NCBI GenBank assembly: GCA_018238155.1
Contig: JABCTZ010000026.1
Location: forward strand, 32,001 to 96,000
Direction of reading: 5' to 3'
Length of the DNA stretch: 64,000 nt
Source of the DNA: Candidatus Heimdallarchaeota archaeon
GTDB lineage: Archaea > Asgardarchaeota > Heimdallarchaeia > JABLTI01
Shown: one piece after another, positions 57,698 to 64,000 of the stretch
Numbering within the stretch: the first letter of the stretch is position 1
How the letters are laid out: the number at the start of each line of letters is the position of its first letter
Program-made: the position numbers and the translations under genes
The notes under the pieces: generated by a model
Seen by the model: the letters and a program-made list of their open reading frames with translations, nothing else
Database searches by the model: none
What the model was told of the DNA's origin: nothing

Positions 57698-58693
57698 ATG
57701 ATTCAAGAGACTGCATCAAAAACAATTTTGAATAAAAATTACAAATGGTCCTGGTATACTTTTGGTATAGACGTGTTCAGTTATACAACAGCCAACCTTG
57801 TAGTGATTCTTTTAATGATTCTACAAAAAACATTCAAAGTTGATAGTACTCTCCAGATTTGGGTCATTGTCCTTGTTGGAATTCTCTTAGAACTGTTATT
57901 TATTGGATTTGCAGTTATTGATGCTTCAAGAAGCAATCCAATGAGTCGATTTTATGGTTCAAAAATATTTAATCTTCCAATCTTGTCAATCACAATATTA
58001 GTAGTAACAGCTATTTTCTGGAATCATGAAGAAGTATTTGCAATAGCTTATGGAACTTTATGCGGGGCATTTGCAGGATATCTTGCAGGAGGATTAACTT
58101 ATGCAAACTTTTACAAAAGAATCGAAGATGAGATATACAGAACGATTTTTGGTGGGTGGGTTGGAACATCCCTTGGAGGGATTTTTGGTGGATTATTTGC
58201 AGGATTAATGAGTTTTCAAAATTACTTTATTGAGACAGATTGGGTCTACACAGATACTATTGGTGCTCAGATTTTCGGTGGAATCTTCATGGGATTTTGG
58301 GGTGGAGCAATAATCTCAGGTCCTATTGCTGTAGTTTTACTTTATCTGCTAAAAGATAAAAAGAAATTTACTTCATTCTTTACAAAAATAATGCAATTTG
58401 GAACACAAAAGGTTCTAACTACTGATCTTAAAACATATTTTAATCTTGATGCTGAATCAACAAAAAAGAATTCAAAAATTGTTTTGAAACTTGAACAAAT
58501 ATTTGTTCTTAAAACAGAAGAGAAGAAGGAATTAAACACTTTTTTCAAAGTTAGTAAAAAAATTGCCTACTTTATCTCACCTTGGGATAAGGAAATTGAA
58601 TCAGAAAGACAAAAGGTATTTTCAGAAATAATTGATTCATCTCTGGAAGAATTACCCTTAATAATAAAAGATGATAAAATAGTTCGAAAATGA
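57698..58693 (+). CDS. Multi-pass membrane protein with glycine-zipper helices
   Basis: GxxxG arrays (YGTLCGAFAGYLAGG, GGWVGTSLGGIFGGLFAG, GGIFMGFWGG). Confidence 0.72.
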   Translation: MIQETASKTILNKNYKWSWYTFGIDVFSYTTANLVVILLMILQKTFKVDSTLQIWVIVLVGILLELLFIGFAVIDASRSNPMSRFYGSKIFNLPILSITILVVTAIFWNHEEVFAIAYGTLCGAFAGYLAGGLTYANFYKRIEDEIYRTIFGGWVGTSLGGIFGGLFAGLMSFQNYFIETDWVYTDTIGAQIFGGIFMGFWGGAIISGPIAVVLLYLLKDKKKFTSFFTKIMQFGTQKVLTTDLKTYFNLDAESTKKNSKIVLKLEQIFVLKTEEKKELNTFFKVSKKIAYFISPWDKEIESERQKVFSEIIDSSLEELPLIIKDDKIVRK

Positions 58694-58770
58694 ACTTTTT
58701 ATCACAAATCTTCTTTTTGAGTAACAACTTATTTAGGTCATAGCTCATTGATTTAGATGGGCTGATTTCT

Positions 58771-60198
58771 TTGGATATTGCAATCGTAAATAGTTGGTTA
58801 CTAACTTTTCAGAATAATTCATTAGGAATTGTAAAAGACGGAGCAATTGGTATTGAAGATGGTAAGATTTCTTTTGTTGGAAAAACTTCTGAGATAGATA
58901 AAACCGATGTTGATACATTGATCGATGGTTCAAATCATGTTACTATGCCAGGTTTAGTAAATGCTCACATCCATACTTCCATGACATTGCTTCGAGGTGG
59001 AGCACAGGATTTACCAGAAATTGAATGGATGAATAAAGGTATTGGACCTATTGCTAACCATATGAAACCAAGTGACATCATCGTTGGATCAAAACTAGGT
59101 GTAATTGAAGCACTACGTTCAGGAACCACTACATTTGCAGAATATTCCACAAATGTATCTAAATTAGTTGATGAAATTTACTTGCCTTTTGGTGCTAGAG
59201 TTGTTGCAACAGAAACTATAAATGAAGTGAGTAAAAATCGGGCGCATTTAAAACCAACTGATATCTATGAATTTGATCGAACAAAAGGAGAGAAAGCCTT
59301 CAAACAAGCGTGTGAATTGTTCAAAAAATACCAAAAAAAGGAACTTGTTACAAGCATGTTTGGTCCTCAAGCTTTGGATATGATTTCCTTAGAATTACTT
59401 CAAATTGTCAAAGATGAAGCTATTGAGCGAAAATCAGGTATGCATTTGCATGTAGCACAAGGTGAAAGAGAACGATTACAAATTGTTGGCAGATTCGGAA
59501 AGAACGCTTCCACGGTGAAAGTATTAAATGAATATGGTTTTCTTGATGAATATTTGTTAGGTGCTCACTGTCATGATACAAGTATTGACGAACGAGAGAA
59601 AATGGTTAGCAACGGTGTTAAAATGGTAGGTTGTCCAAGTTCCATAAGTATGATAGATGGCATTGTTCCACCTGTTGGTCATTTTGTAAGTCTTGGAGGA
59701 AAAGTTGGATTAGGCTCTGATCAGGCACCAGGTCCGGGTTTACATAATATGTTTTGCGAAATGAGAACTATAAGTATAATAACAAAAACGATGATGAGAG
59801 ATCCTACTGCTCTACCAGCTTGGGAAGTACTTAAAATTGCTACTGGCGGTGGTTCTCAAGTATTAGGTTTAGAAGATAAAATTGGTTCTTTGGAAGTTGG
59901 AAAACAAGCAGATATTATCACTATAGATCTTAGCAAACCAAACCTTACACCGGTAGTTGATTTTCCTTTTCATACTTTTATTCCAAATATAGTCTATTCT
60001 GCAACAGGATATGAAGTTGATAATGTTATTATCAGTGGTAAAGAAGTCATTATTGATAGTAAATTCGTATCAATAAATGAACAGGAAATTATTAACGATG
60101 CAACTCAACGTTCACAACGAATTTTTCGAGATGCATCTGAAGATTGGATGAAAGCAGATTCATTGTTAGTTAAAAAAGTTAAAAATGGATTGCTGTAA
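58771..60198 (+). CDS. Amidohydrolase family protein (MTA/SAH deaminase-like)
   Basis: MPGLVNAHIH, SGTTTF, HLHVAQ, GAHC, LGSD, GSLEVGKQADI. Confidence 0.88.
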   Translation: MDIAIVNSWLLTFQNNSLGIVKDGAIGIEDGKISFVGKTSEIDKTDVDTLIDGSNHVTMPGLVNAHIHTSMTLLRGGAQDLPEIEWMNKGIGPIANHMKPSDIIVGSKLGVIEALRSGTTTFAEYSTNVSKLVDEIYLPFGARVVATETINEVSKNRAHLKPTDIYEFDRTKGEKAFKQACELFKKYQKKELVTSMFGPQALDMISLELLQIVKDEAIERKSGMHLHVAQGERERLQIVGRFGKNASTVKVLNEYGFLDEYLLGAHCHDTSIDEREKMVSNGVKMVGCPSSISMIDGIVPPVGHFVSLGGKVGLGSDQAPGPGLHNMFCEMRTISIITKTMMRDPTALPAWEVLKIATGGGSQVLGLEDKIGSLEVGKQADIITIDLSKPNLTPVVDFPFHTFIPNIVYSATGYEVDNVIISGKEVIIDSKFVSINEQEIINDATQRSQRIFRDASEDWMKADSLLVKKVKNGLL

Positions 60199-60210
60199 AT
60201 AATTACTAGG

Positions 60211-60708
60211 TTACTCTGTTTCAAAGTTACTTTGCAAATAAGCAGAACCATAAACTTCTATTGTTTTTTCTCTTCTATCTGAGCGAATTTTCTCAATAAA
60301 TTCATCGAGATTCTTATACCATGAAAGGTTTTCTTCTATATCCTCATCTTCACTATTAACTCGATTTAAGCCAGAATTAAGCTTAAAGCTGATGAACTCG
60401 AATAAATTCATATTGTGAGGTTCAAGATAAAAACGCTTAATATAATATTGAATGCCTATAAACTCAAAAAACGCAATCATAACACCAATAACGAAAAATG
60501 GCCAAATATGAAATGCTTGTGTGATTGCAAAATAATACAAAATTGGAAACATAACAAAGGATAAAACCAACAATGGTATTACAATGAAAATAAAACTAAT
60601 TTCAAAAAGGAAAAAAAAATCCTTAGTTTGTCGTTCGATTAGAGCAACCGAGCGTAATTGTCTTCTTTGATTTCTTCTTGTTTGATCATTAAATTTAGTG
60701 CCATTCAT
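60211..60708 (-). CDS. Hypothetical 2-TM membrane protein
   Basis: 165-aa ORF with two hydrophobic helices. Confidence 0.65.
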   Translation of the reverse strand: MNGTKFNDQTRRNQRRQLRSVALIERQTKDFFFLFEISFIFIVIPLLVLSFVMFPILYYFAITQAFHIWPFFVIGVMIAFFEFIGIQYYIKRFYLEPHNMNLFEFISFKLNSGLNRVNSEDEDIEENLSWYKNLDEFIEKIRSDRREKTIEVYGSAYLQSNFETE

Positions 60709-60893
60709 TTACTATCTTCCCTACTTATTTCCAACTATTATTAACTAATACATACTCAATATTTAAATTATTGCAATAAAAAATATCTTTTCATAGATGA
60801 AATCACTTTACTAAGAAATATAAATATAAACAAGTATGTTTACCAGCAAGTCGGTAGTGAAACAATAGGTATAATTTCGGAGTAGTAACAAAA

Positions 60894-61529
60894 TTGTCAG
60901 ATAACAAGTCAGCAATACAAATAATTAAACCATTGAATTTCAGAGTACAACTGATTCTCACACTTGTCTCAGGAACTTTGTGGGGACCTATCTTCAATTT
61001 GTTTTGTTTTCTAGGATTAAATCAAATAGCTGCTTATCCAACTCCAGAAGGAGTACCGCCAACAAAAAACAATGTTCTAGTTAACATCCTTTTAATACTG
61101 TCCATTTTTGGTGCACCAGTTGCTTGGTATCGAAGATATCAATCACTCCATGATTACATAGATTTTATGGAGGTGCATCTACCTTCCCTTCCCAAAAAAA
61201 TTAATGAAGAAGGAGAGGAGGAAGAAGTAAAACGTCTTACTTGTTTAACAGGTAAAAGATTTATTGGATTCGCAATAACGACAGTTCTAATATTACTACT
61301 CTTAGTTGTATCATTTACGATAGTAATTTATCATTTAATACAATTTAACAAAGGATTATTACCTGATACTTACTGGGGAAATGGTGCTTTTATGATCTTA
61401 TTACCAATAGGTATCGCTGCGTTCTTTATTGGTTTGGGCTTTAGTGTTAGAACAGCTATTGAGGAGAAGAAGTGGATTAAAGCCTTTAATTCAATATCAA
61501 TAGAAATTATGGCTAAGAATGAAAAATAA
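60894..61529 (+). CDS. Hypothetical membrane protein (DUF4234-like, ~4 TM)
   Basis: LILTLVSGTLWGPIF...WYRRY...LH pattern and hydrophobic helices. Confidence 0.65.
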   Translation: MSDNKSAIQIIKPLNFRVQLILTLVSGTLWGPIFNLFCFLGLNQIAAYPTPEGVPPTKNNVLVNILLILSIFGAPVAWYRRYQSLHDYIDFMEVHLPSLPKKINEEGEEEEVKRLTCLTGKRFIGFAITTVLILLLLVVSFTIVIYHLIQFNKGLLPDTYWGNGAFMILLPIGIAAFFIGLGFSVRTAIEEKKWIKAFNSISIEIMAKNEK

Positions 61530-61596
61530 CAAAAAAACAAAGTTAAGGCGTACAATGAAATAGCTATATTTCATTGCACTTTTACTACTTTTTTTC

Positions 61597-62688
61597 TTAT
61601 GGGTCAAGAACAGCACAAGTTAACATCCGTTTACCAAATCTTTCTTTGGAAAGGCATTTTCTACAATCAATACAATCGGATCTTTTCTTCCCGGTATTTA
61701 ATTTGCTTGAAAAATAAGGTTCTCTGATAAATGGTTTGCTCATTGAGATGAAATCAGCAATGTTTTTCTCTAAAAGAGCATTCATTGTTGATCTTTCACG
61801 TATTCCATCAACCAAGGCTAAAGCTGTTTTTGGTACTGCTTCTCTTATTTTTTCTGCATGTCCGGAGAAATTCGCCTCAAAATACGGAGAGTTCGGAGAA
61901 GGTTTACCTCTTATTTTTCTAATTTTAGCATTTTGTTTTTGACCGCCACCAGATATTTCAATAAAATCAATTCCTCTATTAGCTAACCACTTAGAAATTT
62001 GTATAGAGTCTATAATTTCAATCCCATCTTGAGGAGCAAAATCATCACAATTTAATTTTACTCCAATAACAGGTTCATTACCAATTTTCTTTTTGATTGT
62101 ATCAAAAACATCTAGTAGTAACCTAGAACGATTTTCCAAATTTCCGCCATATTTATCCTCTCTTTTGTTGATATTCCCAGAAAGAAATTGGCTGAGTAAA
62201 TAACCATGAGCAGAATGAATCTGGATGCCATCAAATCCTGCCGTCATTGCTAATTCTGCTGAAGAAGCAAAATTCTCGATTATAGTTGCAATATCGTCTT
62301 GTGAAGCTTCTCTTGCTTCAAATTCATCTGTCTTATAAAGTGATGCTGTTACTCTATCCGCTTTACTACTTAAACCGCCGTGATTTATTTGGGCAATAAT
62401 TGGCACATCATAATAATGAACTAATTTTGTTAATTCAGTCATTTTAGAAAGATGAGATTCATCAGACAACCCTGATTGACCTGTATGAGCTTTTCCATTT
62501 GATGAAATATAAGAATGACCTTTAATTATCAATCCTAAATCACCTTTTGCAAGTAGTCGATAATAATCCAAAATGGGTTGACGCAATATTCCATTCTTAT
62601 CGGACCAATAAGAAGTGGTTGCAGATCGCATTAGTCTATTTTTACTCTCAAGATGTCTAATACTAAATGAACTGAAAAGTTTTGACAT
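61597..62688 (-). CDS. NADH:flavin oxidoreductase (old yellow enzyme family)
   Basis: KNRLMRSAT, AQINHGG, AGFDGIQIHSAHGYLLSQFLS, YGGNLENRSR, C-terminal CIDCRKC; start at 62688. Confidence 0.9.
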   Translation of the reverse strand: MSKLFSSFSIRHLESKNRLMRSATTSYWSDKNGILRQPILDYYRLLAKGDLGLIIKGHSYISSNGKAHTGQSGLSDESHLSKMTELTKLVHYYDVPIIAQINHGGLSSKADRVTASLYKTDEFEAREASQDDIATIIENFASSAELAMTAGFDGIQIHSAHGYLLSQFLSGNINKREDKYGGNLENRSRLLLDVFDTIKKKIGNEPVIGVKLNCDDFAPQDGIEIIDSIQISKWLANRGIDFIEISGGGQKQNAKIRKIRGKPSPNSPYFEANFSGHAEKIREAVPKTALALVDGIRERSTMNALLEKNIADFISMSKPFIREPYFSSKLNTGKKRSDCIDCRKCLSKERFGKRMLTCAVLDP

Positions 62689-62778
62689 AATTGATTTGAT
62701 TAGAGCACTACATAAAAGATTTATCACTTCAAAAATGAAAATATTAATTATTTAATTGTTGTGAGAAATAGAAAAAAA

Positions 62779-63072
62779 CTAAGCAGAATTGACACAAATA
62801 GAGCATTCCGCACATTTTACTTCTCTATTATCGTAACAATCTTGACAAATAAGGAAGTTACATTGCTCACATCTATGAAATTTACCACACATATCCTTCT
62901 TCAAACTTTCAAATATTTCGTGTTGGACTATTTCTACATTTGGATCGAATGTTTTAGTAACTTTAACCTCGTTTCCACAACAATCACAAAAGAAATCTAA
63001 TGTCATTTCACCACTTTTTACTGAATAATTAAATCCATTTGTAAAGTCTTCTGCTAATAGTTCCTTACTCAT
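62779..63072 (-). CDS. Small Cys-rich zinc-finger protein
   Basis: FFCDCCG ... CEQCNFLICQDCY ... CAECS. Confidence 0.7.
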   Translation of the reverse strand: MSKELLAEDFTNGFNYSVKSGEMTLDFFCDCCGNEVKVTKTFDPNVEIVQHEIFESLKKDMCGKFHRCEQCNFLICQDCYDNREVKCAECSICVNSA

Positions 63073-63255
63073 TTTGTTCCACCGAATTTTAGTTAGTATT
63101 AAACTAGTATGATAATAATTAGCACTATTTTTTTTTAAAAGCTAATGCTTTAGTTTCTAATAGATATATAGCTATTAGTTTCTAAAGTTAAACTGCTGTT
63201 CTATAAAAGCTCAACAATACCTTTTTGTAAAGAACGATAATAATTAATGCTTGTA

Positions 63256-63684
63256 ATGTCCGATAAAATGCTTGATCTAATATGGTCATTAGATATCGAA
63301 AAAATGAATGACCATTTACCAACGGAAAGAAAAACACTTGCTGAACTTCTTTTAGAAGAAAGACCGCAAGTCAAAGCGAAAAAAGACCAAACACTTTTTA
63401 TAAAGAAAAAAGATCTCGAAACTATATGTGAGTTATTTCCAGAAGAAGAATGGAAGAACGTCAATTTACCAATTGTTCTTCTTCGTAGAACAGCAATGGA
63501 GAAAGGACTTTTTTCTGTTTCAGGTGGCATTAGAGAACTATATATTGTTCACCGCATTTCTGGTAGAACTTCTGATAGATTCTCTAAATTTAGTTTAGAG
63601 GACCACCAACCCTATGTTTGGAAACCTGAGGTTTTTACCGCTAAAAGAAAAGCTGGATCTATTATTATAATGGGATTTACATAA
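63256..63684 (+). CDS. DUF61 (UPF0216) family protein
   Basis: NDHLPTERKTLAELLLEERP, LPIVL. Confidence 0.8.
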   Translation: MSDKMLDLIWSLDIEKMNDHLPTERKTLAELLLEERPQVKAKKDQTLFIKKKDLETICELFPEEEWKNVNLPIVLLRRTAMEKGLFSVSGGIRELYIVHRISGRTSDRFSKFSLEDHQPYVWKPEVFTAKRKAGSIIIMGFT

Positions 63685-63729
63685 AGCAACAAGTATAAAA
63701 TCTGTATTAGAGTAATTTGAGGAATAAAT

Positions 63730-64000
63730 ATGGATAATCTAAATCTTGACGAAACAATTGCCCTTCTGCAAGAACTCATTAGAAACAAATGTGTGAACCC
63801 TCCTGGGAATGAAATGGTAAATATAAAATCTATAGAGGAATTTCTAAACAAAAAAGGAATCTCTTGTAAGGTATTCCAATCAGCAAAAAATCGTGGTAAC
63901 TTAATTGCTAGAATTAAAGGTTCTGAGAATAGTCCATCAATGATGTTTGGTCCCTCACATGTCGATGTGGTTCCAATTGAAAAACCTAATGAATGGCATG
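63730..64000 (+). CDS. M20/ArgE/DapE-family metallohydrolase, 5' part (runs off window)
   Basis: MDNLNLDETIALLQELIRNKCVNPPGNE...RGNLIARIKG...SHVDVVP; absent from the ORF track because it is truncated. Confidence 0.88.
   Translation, partial: MDNLNLDETIALLQELIRNKCVNPPGNEMVNIKSIEEFLNKKGISCKVFQSAKNRGNLIARIKGSENSPSMMFGPSHVDVVPIEKPNEWH

Noticed and set aside
212-63851. The many 60-140 aa ORFs antisense to or nested in longer genes (e.g. 3234..3659, 10398..10757, 14522..14845, 41504..41815, 63612..63851)
   Set aside because: Shadow frames of well-supported genes, with no motifs or start signals
1-64000. tRNA, rRNA, CRISPR arrays, IS elements
   Set aside because: No GC-rich cloverleaf or rRNA-like stretch, regularly spaced repeat or transposase ORF recognised by eye; tRNAscan-SE/Infernal would be needed to exclude small RNAs

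Overview
Low-GC archaeal chromosomal window. gatE/gatD, a DUF61 protein, a class III-signal pilin and several ZnF-RING, longin-like and gelsolin-like proteins point to an Asgard archaeon, probably Heimdallarchaeia (inference). Layout: gatE (3' end)-gatD-ferritin; a small accessory patch (orphan N6-adenine MTase, T4 Rnl1-type RNA ligase lying between an amino-acid racemase gene and a decayed copy of its 3' half); a eukaryotic-signature-like neighbourhood at ~8.9-15 kb; transport and metabolic genes; a ~27 kb surface-glycan island (25.5-52.4 kb) with legionaminic/8-epilegionaminic-type and C-methyl-deoxyhexose pathways and several gene scars; then a dehydratase-activase-related pair that has lost its ATPase, and housekeeping enzymes. 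Best candidate for an undescribed system: a three-gene operon with two translationally coupled wHTH + ZnF-RING proteins (one membrane-anchored), whose ZnF-RING spacing mirrors the GATOR2/SEACAT C-terminal domains, lying near an NPRL2/uDENN-like longin protein with a possible gelsolin-like tail. No rRNA, tRNA, CRISPR array, transposase or integrase was recognised. All family calls are by eye, without database searches.
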